A stretch of DNA of 64,000 nucleotides from Halobacteriota archaeon. Its GTDB lineage: Archaea > Halobacteriota > Bog-38 > Methanoflorentales > Methanoflorentaceae. The stretch spans positions 302-64,301 of the forward strand of contig JBEKER010000002.1 of NCBI GenBank assembly GCA_050013755.1, given 5' to 3'. The notes below the pieces were generated by a model that did no database searches, was not told the origin of the DNA, and saw only the letters and a program-made list of their open reading frames with translations. Numbering within the stretch: position 1 is the first letter of the stretch; every line of letters begins with the position of its first letter. The position numbers and the translations under genes are program-made. Of the stretch, positions 49,560 through 59,884 are shown one piece after another.

Positions 49560-49841
49560 TTACTTCCTGCGCAGCATCACCAAATACGCAACAACCAACA
49601 GGCCTGCTACTCCGTACACCGCCTCAAATCCGGGCAAGCCAAGGAACCCTCCGCTCGCCGTGGCTGACGCCGTCGCCGCCCCTGTCGTCGCCGTTTTAGT
49701 CGCGTTCGCCGTCGCCGTTTTAGTCGCGTTCGCCGTCGCCGTGCTCGTCTGCGTTTGCGCGAAAGCTATACTCGACGCTCCGACGATAGAGAGAATCACT
49801 GCGATTGCCACTACAGCAGAAAAAAGCTTCGTACTGACCAT
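49560..49841 (-). CDS. miniature PGF-CTERM glycopeptide (signal + T/A repeat + anchor)
   Basis: Same leader and tail as its neighbours; 24-bp tandem repeat at 49687-49742 encoding TATANATK. Confidence 0.85.
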   Translation of the reverse strand: MVSTKLFSAVVAIAVILSIVGASSIAFAQTQTSTATANATKTATANATKTATTGAATASATASGGFLGLPGFEAVYGVAGLLVVAYLVMLRRK

Positions 49842-49929
49842 TTTTCACCTCCAATATAGACCAAGCTTTCGTAGAATCATGATTTCACATGCGCCTTAAA
49901 CCTTGCCTCTCGCGTTTCTAGGCGCAACT

Positions 49930-49980
49930 TACTAAGCAAACAGTCCTGCTACCGCGTACAATGCTTCACAATCAGCAAGT
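49930..49980 (-). pseudogene. degenerate PGF-CTERM tail remnant
   Basis: Reads LADCEALYAVAGLFA*, against LPGFEAVYGVAGLLV in the intact genes. Confidence 0.5.
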
Positions 49981-50075
49981 TAACCCGGGCTGACTATGTT
50001 TCGTGGAATCAGAAAAAAAGAATAAAGTGCGAGTCCAGCCAAGTGCTAGACTCACTACAAATAGAGTACAGGTTG

Positions 50076-50708
50076 TTACTGCCTGCGTCGCATCACCAAG
50101 TACGCAACGGCCAACAATCCCACTACACCGTACACCGCCTCAAAGCCCGGCAAGCCAAGGAATCCTCCGCTCGCTGTTGCTGAAGCCGTCGTAGTCGTCG
50201 CGTTCGCCGGCGGCACTAATACGCTGCTGATCTCGTCAATGACGCCGTTCGATGCGTTAATGTTCGCTTGCGTTATAGTCGCGCCGTTGCTGAACGTCAC
50301 CTGGGTGCCGTTGACAGTGTATGAGATCGAGTTTCCTGCGAGCGTCGTGACATTGCCACTCTTCGTAAAGTTGACTGTGCCGTTTATGACGTGGTTTAGC
50401 AGAATCTGTGTAAGCGCCGGCGTGTCATTCTTCAAGTCGGCGATCGTCGTGTTGTTGAGCTTTTCGAAAGCAGCGTTGGTCGGTGCGAGAACAGTGTACT
50501 TTGCCGTCGTGTTGTTCAGCACCTCCGTCAGGTTGGCTTGCTTGAGGAAAGTCACTAACGTTGACAAGTCTGCGGTATTAACTGCCGTCTGAGTGATCGT
50601 ACTGGTCGAAGTGGTCGTCGCTTGTGCGAAAGCGACACTCGACCCTCCAACGATTGAAAGGATCATCGCGGTTGCCACTACAGCAGAAAAGAGCTTCTTA
50701 CTGACCAT
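50076..50708 (-). CDS. fasciclin (FAS1) surface glycoprotein with PGF-CTERM anchor
   Basis: YTVLAPTNAAF, LLNHVI, NGVID; LPGFE tail. Confidence 0.93.
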   Translation of the reverse strand: MVSKKLFSAVVATAMILSIVGGSSVAFAQATTTSTSTITQTAVNTADLSTLVTFLKQANLTEVLNNTTAKYTVLAPTNAAFEKLNNTTIADLKNDTPALTQILLNHVINGTVNFTKSGNVTTLAGNSISYTVNGTQVTFSNGATITQANINASNGVIDEISSVLVPPANATTTTASATASGGFLGLPGFEAVYGVVGLLAVAYLVMRRRQ

Positions 50709-51114
50709 TTTTCACCTCCAAAATAGTTTGAGTTCTTCTACGAGATTTGCTATGCAATAAATTTTGCTTTTTCGCCTATACCGTCTCCTGTTGTCTCAAG
50801 ACGATCCCTTTTGATCCTCCAACGGCTCGTGAAAATTCGGCCGCCTTAGCACCTCAAAAATCGCTCGAGCGAGACGTCACTTTTTAAACAAGCTGAAGCA
50901 ATAAAGTCTTTTTGGTCTGACTTGTGGCGCGGCAAAAAAGATCATTACGCGCTCGAATTGCGCTAATATTGCATCTTGGTTATTTTCCAATTGCCCCCTA
51001 AAGATGCTGTGCTGGCACAAGTTCAGTCAGAAATGCCGCTTAATGCGTGACTGACAGCACAAATAGCATATTGTTTTATATCTGCACCGAGAAAAGAAGT
51101 GCGGAGAAGTTGAC

Positions 51115-51525
51115 ATGTCTTGGAAGGAAATAAGCCCGTTGAGCAATATCCGTAGCAGGATGGATGGGCTCTTGGAGGATGACCACGACGAGTACGTAGG
51201 CCCAATGACCTCAACGCCGCCCGTCGACCTCATCGACCTCCCTGGGGAAATCGTTATTTTGGTTGATCTTCCAGGAGTTAGCAAGGACGACGTCAGGCTT
51301 GAAGGCAGCAGCGACATGGTGGAAATCACGGCGGAACGAGCTTCAAAATATGAGGATGATGAACACCTCATAAGAGAACGCGCGCCTCGCGAATATTACC
51401 GCTCAATCAAGCTCCCTACGAACATCGATGATGCTGCCGCTCGCGCAAGCTTCTTCAATGGCGTGCTCGAAGTTCACCTGCCAAAGATTGGAATCGCTGA
51501 CAAGAAGCTTATTTCTATCGAGTAA
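51115..51525 (+). CDS. small heat shock protein Hsp20
   Basis: DLPGVSKDD...ASFFNGVLEV.LPK; C-terminal ISIE. Confidence 0.93.
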   Translation: MSWKEISPLSNIRSRMDGLLEDDHDEYVGPMTSTPPVDLIDLPGEIVILVDLPGVSKDDVRLEGSSDMVEITAERASKYEDDEHLIRERAPREYYRSIKLPTNIDDAAARASFFNGVLEVHLPKIGIADKKLISIE

Positions 51526-51691
51526 GCGATTTAGGCTGAAGCGGATTGACGGCATCAGACAGGTCTTCTCTTCATCTTGTACTCGGTGGGGGTAACTCTC
51601 ATCATGCGCCGTCACATCGGGGTATAAGCCATTTAGACGATAAATATTCCTTCTGGGTACTGTCAATGAGTGCAAGCCGCGTGCGATTCGC

Positions 51692-52447
51692 ATGAGAATT
51701 GAAGCATTTACGGTCGACAATGTCCCTCGAGTGCAAGGTGGCGACGACATGACAGATTTTTTGCTGGACGCTGACCTTCGCGATGGGGATGTCGTTGTCA
51801 TTGCCTCAACGATTATCTCAAAGGCTGAAGGTTTGATGAAGAGTTTGGAAACTTTCTCCCCCAGTGAGCGGGCTTGTAGAATTGCTGAACGACTTCACGA
51901 GGATCCCCGCTTCATCGAAGCCGTGCTCGGCGAAACTGCTGAGATCCTGATCGAGACACCGTTCTTTCTTGTTGTGAGCAAGTTTGGTCAGGTCTGTGTC
52001 AATGCGGGGTTGGATCGCTCAAATGTGGCCGAAGGTTTTGTTTTGCTCCTTCCAGATGACCCCTCTGAAAATGCACGTCAGCTGCGCGATCGAATAAAAG
52101 ACCGATTCGGCAAAAACGTGGCTGTGATAATCACTGATACTTGCGGTAGATCTTTTCGCGAAGGACAAACCGGCGTCGGCATAGGGTTTGCTGGAATTGC
52201 GGCGATGAAGGACTGGCGCGGCGTGAAAGACCTTGAAGGGAAAGCGCTAGAAATAACCAATGAAGGTGTTGGTGATGAAGTAGCCGGTCTGGCCAACCTG
52301 ATGATGGGGGAGGGCGCGGGGGGTACCCCGATCGTTATCGTGCGGGGTATCAGCTATGAGGCTCGTGACTGTTTAGTGTTTCGCTCTGAAGAAACGGACA
52401 TAATAAGGCAAGCAATTCGGGATGCAAATAGACAGAGCAAAGCGTAG
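51692..52447 (+). CDS. cofE: coenzyme F420-0:L-glutamate ligase
   Basis: SKAEG, NAGLDRSN, DTCGRSFREG and MGEG. Confidence 0.95.
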   Translation: MRIEAFTVDNVPRVQGGDDMTDFLLDADLRDGDVVVIASTIISKAEGLMKSLETFSPSERACRIAERLHEDPRFIEAVLGETAEILIETPFFLVVSKFGQVCVNAGLDRSNVAEGFVLLLPDDPSENARQLRDRIKDRFGKNVAVIITDTCGRSFREGQTGVGIGFAGIAAMKDWRGVKDLEGKALEITNEGVGDEVAGLANLMMGEGAGGTPIVIVRGISYEARDCLVFRSEETDIIRQAIRDANRQSKA

Positions 52448-52570
52448 CCAGTGCAATCGGCAGCACAGTGTCTCCCGGCTCGTCCAAATATATGCCCCGT
52501 TTGGTGTGTAATCGCAGGTTGCACGAATTCGGCACTTAAAGTTCCGTAACTCGCAGCGGGGTATACAAAT

Positions 52571-53074
52571 TTGGAATTCACTCAGCGGTCACAACGCGAT
52601 AAGCTAGTAGTGAGAGAGGCAACCTTAGACGATTTGCAATGTATTTTGGAGCTGTACGCCCAACTCTTCTCAAACACGGATCAAGCTTCAGAGAACAGAA
52701 CAGAGCTGCTCTCCGCACATTATGATGCATTTTCGGAAATCAAGCGAAGCCCGGACAGCTATGTGTTTGTTGCCGAATCAGCTGGGGCTGTTGTCGGAAC
52801 TATAGCGATCTCAATAATCCCAAACCTGTCACACGGTGGTAGGCCTTGGGGAGTTATTGAGAACGTCGTGGTAGATGAACGAGCTAGAAAGTCGAGCATT
52901 GGTGCAACATTGATGCGACACGCAATAGATCTTGCACGAGCTCAGGGGTGTTTTCGGGTGATTCTCTCAAGCAGCGTGCACAGAGAGGGTAGCCATGAGT
53001 TCTACCAGAGACTCGGTTTAGAAGCCTTTGGCTACAGTTTTAACATGCACTTCCCACCGGATGGAAAGACCTAG
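52571..53074 (+). CDS. GNAT N-acetyltransferase
   Basis: IENVVVDERARKSSIG; HEFYQRLG. Confidence 0.88.
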   Translation: MEFTQRSQRDKLVVREATLDDLQCILELYAQLFSNTDQASENRTELLSAHYDAFSEIKRSPDSYVFVAESAGAVVGTIAISIIPNLSHGGRPWGVIENVVVDERARKSSIGATLMRHAIDLARAQGCFRVILSSSVHREGSHEFYQRLGLEAFGYSFNMHFPPDGKT

Positions 53075-53174
53075 GCGTGGCCTTATAGGCGTGCAGTAGC
53101 TTACTCCGTTCAAGGCTGGCACCTTCGCAATGTTGCTCTGCGCTCCAAGATATGTTTTTCGCGCAAAAACAGAG

Positions 53175-53246
53175 CGTCCCGGCCGGGATTTGAACCCGAG
53201 TCTTGAGCTCCGCAGGCTCATAGGATATCCACTACCCCACCAGGAC
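53175..53246 (-). tRNA. tRNA-Arg(GCG)
   Basis: Acceptor GTCCTGG/CCGGGAC, anticodon arm TGAGC-CTGCGGA-GCTCA, T loop TTCAAAT. Confidence 0.95.
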
Positions 53247-53284
53247 TCGCGTATCTCTATGTGGTTAAGGGTATAAATCGGTAT

Positions 53285-54424
53285 TCAATCTGAGGATTGG
53301 GCCCCTTCGACGTATCTCGCTATATCACTACCGACTTCTGAGGTGGTCGAGGTGCCTCCAAGGTCAAACGTGCGCACTTTACGTCCGCGCAGGTTGCGTT
53401 GAATAGCGTTCATAACACCGTTTGCAGCTTGTATCTCACCAAGACTCTCAAGGAGCATTGCCCCTGCCCAAATCGTAGCAATCGGGTTGACCTTATTGAG
53501 TCCCTTATACTTTGGCGCCGATCCGTGAATCGGTTCAAACATTGACGTTCCTTCTGGGTTTATGTTGCCGCCCGGAGCAAGCCCTAGCCCCCCTTGCACC
53601 ATAGCCCCTAGATCTGTTATGATATCGCCGAACAAGTTCGGAGCTACAACGACGTCAAACCATTCAGGATTCTTCACTAGCCACATTGTCATTGCATCGA
53701 CGAGGTTAAAATCTGTCTTAACGTGTGGATAACGCGCGGCCATTTCGGTGAATATTTGACGCCAGAAGCCATAAATGTCCGTCATCGCATTCATCTTGTC
53801 GACGCTCGATACGTGCTCCCCCCTTCGAGTTGCTAGCTCAAAAGCGTACCGCATCACGCGCTTGGTGCCCTCAGCTGATATTAGCCCCAGCTGATAGGCT
53901 ATTTCGTCGCTATCAGAGTTGATGTCAAGGCCGAACTTTACGCTGTATAGGTTACGTATCACATCTGCATCGCGGTGGGCGCTGCCTTTCTTGACACGGC
54001 CCCCCACCCCCACGTAGAGGTCTTCAGAATTCTCGCGCACTACCACATAATCAATATCGTCAGGGCCCTTGCCTCGAATTGGTGTTTCTACACCCTCTAG
54101 CAGCCTGATAGGACGGAGATTTATGTATTGATCGAAGTAGAACCTCAGTGCGAAGAGTATTCCGCGCTCGAGGATCCCAGGGGGGACGCGAGCGTCGCCG
54201 ACCGAACCGAGGTAAATAGCGCGATAGCCGCTCAGCTCTTTGAGTGCACCCTCTGACAAAAGCTCTCCCGTTGCGAGGTAATGCTCTGCTCCGTGCGGGT
54301 ACTCTTTCCACTCGATATCGAACCCGTAAATGCGGCCGGCTGCTTCGAGAGTCCTTTTCCCTTCGGCGATGACCTCTGGTCCGACGCCGTCTCCAGCGAT
54401 TATCGGGATTTTGTACGTCTTCAT
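53285..54424 (-). CDS. leuB: 3-isopropylmalate/3-methylmalate dehydrogenase
   Basis: [18 protein letters not shown] and FEPIHGSAP; ATG 54424. Confidence 0.85.
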   Translation of the reverse strand: MKTYKIPIIAGDGVGPEVIAEGKRTLEAAGRIYGFDIEWKEYPHGAEHYLATGELLSEGALKELSGYRAIYLGSVGDARVPPGILERGILFALRFYFDQYINLRPIRLLEGVETPIRGKGPDDIDYVVVRENSEDLYVGVGGRVKKGSAHRDADVIRNLYSVKFGLDINSDSDEIAYQLGLISAEGTKRVMRYAFELATRRGEHVSSVDKMNAMTDIYGFWRQIFTEMAARYPHVKTDFNLVDAMTMWLVKNPEWFDVVVAPNLFGDIITDLGAMVQGGLGLAPGGNINPEGTSMFEPIHGSAPKYKGLNKVNPIATIWAGAMLLESLGEIQAANGVMNAIQRNLRGRKVRTFDLGGTSTTSEVGSDIARYVEGAQSSD

Positions 54425-54464
54425 TTTGGCTTCACCATAAGTGTTTAGGAAGGAGTAAAATAGG

Positions 54465-55007
54465 TCACCACGACAACTCTGTCTCAGTTTCGCGGCGCTC
54501 ACGCTTTTCAAGCTGCGTGCCGCTTTTTACGTATTCGACGAGTCCCCCGGCTTCTATGATTCTCTTTATAAACGGCGGAAAAGGCGTTATCGCGTACTCC
54601 TTTTTCCTAGTCTCATCGTAGATGCTGCCCTTTTCCAAATCGACGTGCAGAATATCTCCGTCCTCGATTTCGGTTGTGTCGCATTCGACGACAGGTAGTC
54701 CGATGTTTATGGCATTTCGAAAAAAGATCCGTGCGAACGAACGCGCAATCACGATGCTGACGTTATCTTTTAAAGCTAAAGGCGCGTGCTCTCTTGAGGA
54801 GCCACAGCCAAAGTTCTCCCCAGCGACGATAATGTCGCCTTTGGTGACTTGGTGAGCAAAGTCGGGGCGGACGTTTTCGAACGCGTGCTTTGCGAGATCT
54901 TGTGACGAGTTGAGCACGAGATACTTGCCTGGAACGATGGCATCTGTGTCGATGTTATCGCCAAACTTCCAAGCCCTGCCCGTAATACCCCCTTTTGGTC
55001 GTGTCAT
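54465..55007 (-). CDS. leuD: isopropylmalate isomerase small subunit
   Basis: [12 protein letters not shown] and [11 protein letters not shown]; could instead be the homoaconitase paralog. Confidence 0.8.
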   Translation of the reverse strand: MTRPKGGITGRAWKFGDNIDTDAIVPGKYLVLNSSQDLAKHAFENVRPDFAHQVTKGDIIVAGENFGCGSSREHAPLALKDNVSIVIARSFARIFFRNAINIGLPVVECDTTEIEDGDILHVDLEKGSIYDETRKKEYAITPFPPFIKRIIEAGGLVEYVKSGTQLEKRERRETETELSW

Positions 55008-55016
55008 GTTCCACTC

Positions 55017-56261
55017 CTAATGCGACCTCGGATCGGTTATTACGCCGTCGATCGCGGACGCTGCAGCCGTCGCCGGTGAACAGAGGTACACTGAAGCCCC
55101 AGGGCTTCCCTGTCTTCCCACGAAGTTTCTGTTTGAAGTGCTTAGACCCACCTCGCCGGGACCCAGTATCCCAAATGACCCCCCCATACACGGCCCACAA
55201 CACGGGGCCTCTACGAGCGCGCCACTGTCGGTAAAGGTATCCATAAGGCCCGTTTTAAGCGCTTTCTGGTACTCGGTCCTTGAAGCCGGAATGATGATCA
55301 ACCGGACTCCACGTGCCACTGTCTCGCCTTCCAATAACTCCGCAGCTGCTTTTAGATCTTCGTACCGACCATTTGTGCACGAACCAATAAAGACCTGATC
55401 TATATGCTGCCCTGCGACGTCCGTGACAGGGACTACGTTGTCGACTCGGTGGGGCTTAGCGACCATCGGCACCATCTCAGTCGCAGCATAGCGTCGCACA
55501 TTTTTTATCGCATCATCGTCTGAGCGCAGGGTAAAGTCTCCGCCGATTGCTCGTTCTTCTAAGAATGTGGCTGTCGTTTCGTCGGGGGCGATTATCCCCG
55601 TTTTTCCACCCATCTCGATTGCCATGTTGCACACGGTCATCCTATCTGCGATGTCCATGTGCTTGACAGTGTCTCCGCGAAACTCACACGCCTGGTATGT
55701 GGCGCCGTTTATGCCGATGTCGCCAACGATAGTGAGTATCAGATCTTTGGCAGACACACGCCGTCCAAGTTTTCCATTAATATCAAACGCGAGGGTCTCT
55801 GGCACTTTGAACCAGAGCTTTCCCGAAGCAAGGGCCACCCCCATATCGGTTGAGCCAACACCGGTCGCAAACGCTCCTAAGGCCCCGTACGTGCAGGTAT
55901 GTGAGTCTGCACCGATGACGAGTTCCCCTGGAAGCACGTGCCCCTTTTCGACCATGACCTGGTGGCACACCCCCTCTTGCACATCATAGTTGAGGATCCC
56001 CTGTCTTTTTGCAAACTTCCGAAGCTCTAAGTGGTTGACTGCGGCGTCGATCGAGTCAGCAGGTACCTGGTGGTCAAACAGCATGATTACTTTGGTAGGG
56101 TCCCATACCCGGTCGGTTATCTCGTAGAGGGTTTTTACTGCAAGAGGTCCCGTAATATCATGAATCATAGCGACATCTATTGCAGCTTCGACAAAGTCGC
56201 CCGCTTTCACGGCTCTTCCCACAGATTTCGAGAATATCTTCTCGGAAATGGTCTGCCCCAT
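55017..56261 (-). CDS. leuC: isopropylmalate isomerase/homoaconitase large subunit
   Basis: [21 protein letters not shown] and SNRNF. Confidence 0.8.
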   Translation of the reverse strand: MGQTISEKIFSKSVGRAVKAGDFVEAAIDVAMIHDITGPLAVKTLYEITDRVWDPTKVIMLFDHQVPADSIDAAVNHLELRKFAKRQGILNYDVQEGVCHQVMVEKGHVLPGELVIGADSHTCTYGALGAFATGVGSTDMGVALASGKLWFKVPETLAFDINGKLGRRVSAKDLILTIVGDIGINGATYQACEFRGDTVKHMDIADRMTVCNMAIEMGGKTGIIAPDETTATFLEERAIGGDFTLRSDDDAIKNVRRYAATEMVPMVAKPHRVDNVVPVTDVAGQHIDQVFIGSCTNGRYEDLKAAAELLEGETVARGVRLIIIPASRTEYQKALKTGLMDTFTDSGALVEAPCCGPCMGGSFGILGPGEVGLSTSNRNFVGRQGSPGASVYLCSPATAAASAIDGVITDPRSH

Positions 56262-56503
56262 GCTCGATTTGCCTCCTACACAAAAAACAACGCGTAGGCC
56301 GCTCTCATAACACGCGAAGAAAGTATAAAAAATATTTCATCGCGGAAAAAGGTTGCGCGCACGGCAACCGTGCGACCATGGTGCCCTGTTCTAACAACGG
56401 GGCTTCTTACCTGCCACTGTCTTGTTGGGCTTCCTACGCGCCGGTATCTTGTTTGACAAAGTTATTAAGATAGGGGCGTGTACTACGGTAAGTGCAAGGA
56501 AAT

Positions 56504-57907
56504 ATGGACGCTCTCTCCGACGACCTGGCGAGCATCTACGAGCGCCTCACCACTACAATCTCAAGAGAGGAGTTCGCGGCAAGGGTGCAGCAGAAGGTGA
56601 AGGACATGTCGGGCTTGTGTGACGAGAAGACGGCGGCCCTGCTCGTCGCCCACGAGCTCGGTATCGACACGGTCGTGCAGATCGCACAAATTGATGGACA
56701 AACGAGAACTGTCGCATTTGTTGGCAAGCTTACGCGCGTCTCACCGACACGAGAGTTCTCCCGCGACGGCGATGTAGGATACGTCGCCAATCTTGTCGTG
56801 TCGGACGCAACGGGTTCAATTCGCGTAGTTTTGTGGAATGACCTCGCACAACACGTCGAAGAGCTTCAAATTGGGCAGACTCTGAAGATTGCCGGAGTCG
56901 CGAGGGATGGGCCATATGGCATAGAAGTAAATGCGCGGGAAATTGAGGTCGATGAATCGGTCGCTAAAACCGAAATGGAGCTTCCTAAGGACCCTGAGGG
57001 TATCGCCGGGCTCATCGCAGGGCTAAACGGGGTTGACGTAAGCGGGGTTATACTCGAGGTTGACCCGGTGCGTACTTTTTCTAAGCGCGATGGTTCCGTT
57101 GGAAAGGTCACAAACGTGACGATAGGCGACGAAACGGGAAGAGTGCGCGTGACGCTTTGGGACGATATTGCTGAGAATGTGGCTGATTTTGTTTCGGGAG
57201 ACGTGCTCGACATCAAGAACGGGTATACCCGCGAGCGGTACGGACGGCTCGAAGTGCACGTAGGCAATCGGGGATCCCTCCAAAAAGGGACGGGGCATAT
57301 TGAGTTTGTTGAGAAGATCATTCCTATCCGGGACGTCCAGGTGGAAATCCCATGTACCGTCGCAGGAATCATCGAAGAAGTTGGCGCGCTCCGCGAATTC
57401 ACGAGAAATAACGGCAGCGCAGGAAAAGTCAGAAACGTAGCGGTGAGCGACGAGACTGGTAAAATACGAGTCGCCCTTTGGGGCGACAAAGCGCTAGCGA
57501 TCTCCGAAGAGGATACACAGAGCCAAATCACACTGCGCGATTGCATGCCGAAAAATGGGCTCAACAATCAGCTCGAACTGAGTGTAGACTGGAGAAGCGG
57601 CCTTTGCTTAGCGAATAAGAGCGGGCGCGCCCAAAAAGAGCACGAGGTCCTGCAAGAAGGTGCTGATGCTGGCATTACCGGGACTGTAATATCATCAGCT
57701 ATGGCCGTATGTGTCGACAATGGGGTCGACTACGTGACTTTTGACAAAGCATTCGACAATCTCGCGCTCGTCGTCGGGGATGAGGTTATAGTTGTCGGTA
57801 CCAAAACGAACGACAAGTTTGAGGCGAAAAGCATATCAAAACCGCCCCAGGACGTGGCTTTGCGAAAGCTCGAGACAATCAAGCGAAGGCTCAGTGAGCT
57901 TCAATGA
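56504..57907 (+). CDS. rpa: replication protein A (multi-OB-fold ssDNA-binding protein)
   Basis: Three repeats of the (S/G)D(A/E)TG.IR..LW OB-fold signature; upstream of radA. Confidence 0.9.
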   Translation: MDALSDDLASIYERLTTTISREEFAARVQQKVKDMSGLCDEKTAALLVAHELGIDTVVQIAQIDGQTRTVAFVGKLTRVSPTREFSRDGDVGYVANLVVSDATGSIRVVLWNDLAQHVEELQIGQTLKIAGVARDGPYGIEVNAREIEVDESVAKTEMELPKDPEGIAGLIAGLNGVDVSGVILEVDPVRTFSKRDGSVGKVTNVTIGDETGRVRVTLWDDIAENVADFVSGDVLDIKNGYTRERYGRLEVHVGNRGSLQKGTGHIEFVEKIIPIRDVQVEIPCTVAGIIEEVGALREFTRNNGSAGKVRNVAVSDETGKIRVALWGDKALAISEEDTQSQITLRDCMPKNGLNNQLELSVDWRSGLCLANKSGRAQKEHEVLQEGADAGITGTVISSAMAVCVDNGVDYVTFDKAFDNLALVVGDEVIVVGTKTNDKFEAKSISKPPQDVALRKLETIKRRLSELQ

Positions 57908-58026
57908 TTCATTTGATGGACAGAAATACGACAACACTTTCGCTCTGCATTCAAAAGTCTTTAGAGGGCAACAAGTGATTAGCGTTCACGACTTCACAGG
58001 TTGCGAAAAAAGGGGGGGTTGAGTAG

Positions 58027-59001
58027 ATGGAAGAGGTAGAAGAAATTGATGGTTTTGGCATAGAAGACCTGCCAGGCGTAGGCCCTGCTACCGCAGAAAA
58101 GTTAAAAGAAGCTGGTTTTAACTCAGTGGAATCAGTTGCCGTAGCATCCCCTTCAGAGTTATCAAACGCGGCGGATCTCGGTGAGGCTACCGCCTCCAAG
58201 ATCATAATAGCGGCGCGCCAAGCTGCAGACATTGGCGGTTTTGAGACGGGCGACGTCATTCTTGAAAGAAGGCGACACGTAGGCAAACTAACGACCGGGA
58301 GCAAGGCTTTTGACGAGTTGCTTGGCGGGGGTGTGGAGACCCAAGCAATTACCGAGCTTTACGGAGAATTCGGCTCAGGGAAGACGCAAGTTGCGCATCA
58401 GCTTGCGGTGAACGTTCAGCTCGCGCGTGAAAGCGGCGGCCTTGACGGATCGTGCATACTAATTGACACCGAGAATACCTTTCGACCGGAGCGCATCAGT
58501 CAGATCGCTGCAGGTCTCGAACTCGATCTCGATGGCGTACTGAGAAACATCCACGTCGCGAGAGCACATAATTCCAATCATCAAATACTGCTCGTCGAAG
58601 CGGCAAGCGAGCTATCAGAACAACTTAAGGCGACTGAGCGTCCCGTAAGACTTCTTATCGTAGACTCGCTAACTGCCCATTTTAGAGCTGAATATGTTGG
58701 GAGAGGTACGCTTGCAGACAGGCAGCAAAAGCTGAACAAGCACCTGCACGACCTTATGCGTTTTGGAACGTTGAATAATGCAGTCGTGCTCGTCACTAAT
58801 CAAGTGCAGGCAAAACCTGACGCCTTTTTCGGCGATCCAACCCGCCCGATCGGTGGCCACATATTGGGGCACACTGCGACTTTCAGGTTGTATTTGAGAA
58901 AATCGAAAGGAGGCAAACGCATAGCACGCCTTGTAGACTCTCCGAACCTAGCTGAAGGTGAAGCGATATTTTCGGTGGAGACTGAAGGAATACGCGACTA
59001 A
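58027..59001 (+). CDS. radA: recombinase RadA
   Basis: Hh[21 protein letters not shown] and [13 protein letters not shown]. Confidence 0.97.
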   Translation: MEEVEEIDGFGIEDLPGVGPATAEKLKEAGFNSVESVAVASPSELSNAADLGEATASKIIIAARQAADIGGFETGDVILERRRHVGKLTTGSKAFDELLGGGVETQAITELYGEFGSGKTQVAHQLAVNVQLARESGGLDGSCILIDTENTFRPERISQIAAGLELDLDGVLRNIHVARAHNSNHQILLVEAASELSEQLKATERPVRLLIVDSLTAHFRAEYVGRGTLADRQQKLNKHLHDLMRFGTLNNAVVLVTNQVQAKPDAFFGDPTRPIGGHILGHTATFRLYLRKSKGGKRIARLVDSPNLAEGEAIFSVETEGIRD

Positions 59002-59044
59002 ACGAGCACAAGCTCAAGCGTTTCGCTGTTGTCCTTAGCCACCG

Positions 59045-59737
59045 TTGACCGTGACCTTGATCAAAGCTGTAGCATTTGATATCGACGGCACGTTAACCTT
59101 TCGCGACCGCTCACTGGAGCTGGCCGCCGTTGAATCCATTCGACAGCTAACCGTCCCTGTTGTTTTAGCGACGGGCAACATTTTGTGTTTTGCTACTGCG
59201 CTAGCGGTCACAATCGGCAACATCTCAGCCGTGATAGCTGAAAACGGAGGGATCGTTACTGACGGCAAATCAAAGATTGTCAGCGGCAATATTGATGCAT
59301 GTCGCCGAGCAGCCCGAGAAATCGAAGGTAGCGGTGTGCTGGCGCTTAAAAAAATCAACTCTGGAGAACGCGTCACCGAGATTGCCTACAGCAGGGACAC
59401 CTTGTCGGTCTCAGACATAGAATTGTTTCGCAAGCTAGTCGCACAGTGCTGTAACGACGTTACCGTCGTTGATTCGGGGTTCGCCCTCCACATCAAGGAC
59501 GCGCACGTCAATAAGGGCGTCGGCTTGGCTAAAGTTGCGGAACTATTCGACATTCCCCTCGACAAATTTGCAGCGTTCGGCGATGGAGAAAATGACGTAA
59601 CAATGTTGGAGATGGCTGGTACGGGAATTGCCGTCGGCAACGCAGATCCTAAGGCACAAGCTGCCGCAAGTTACGTTGCCAAGCAACCGTACGGCTTAGG
59701 CGTCGTCGAAGGGCTTAGATATCTCCAGTTACTGTAA
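59045..59737 (+). CDS. phosphoglycolate phosphatase (HAD, TA0175-type)
   Basis: DIDGTLT, LATGN and GDGEND. Confidence 0.88.
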   Translation: MTVTLIKAVAFDIDGTLTFRDRSLELAAVESIRQLTVPVVLATGNILCFATALAVTIGNISAVIAENGGIVTDGKSKIVSGNIDACRRAAREIEGSGVLALKKINSGERVTEIAYSRDTLSVSDIELFRKLVAQCCNDVTVVDSGFALHIKDAHVNKGVGLAKVAELFDIPLDKFAAFGDGENDVTMLEMAGTGIAVGNADPKAQAAASYVAKQPYGLGVVEGLRYLQLL

Positions 59738-59884
59738 CTGCCCTGGCGGCCTGCGAACGCCTGCGAGGTTTCGTGCTTACCGCTAATCCACTTACTACCA
59801 ACGCAGACCCGCCATACTTTGTCTCGCAAATCTATCCTGATCACAGCTGTAAAATGGCGATGAGAGGCTTGCGGCGGTTTGTTA

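Noticed and set aside
53285-56261. Coenzyme B aksDEF assignment
   Set aside because: The YLV motif in the small subunit and the LeuB-type insertion favour the leucine/isoleucine pathway, though paralog identity needs phylogeny.
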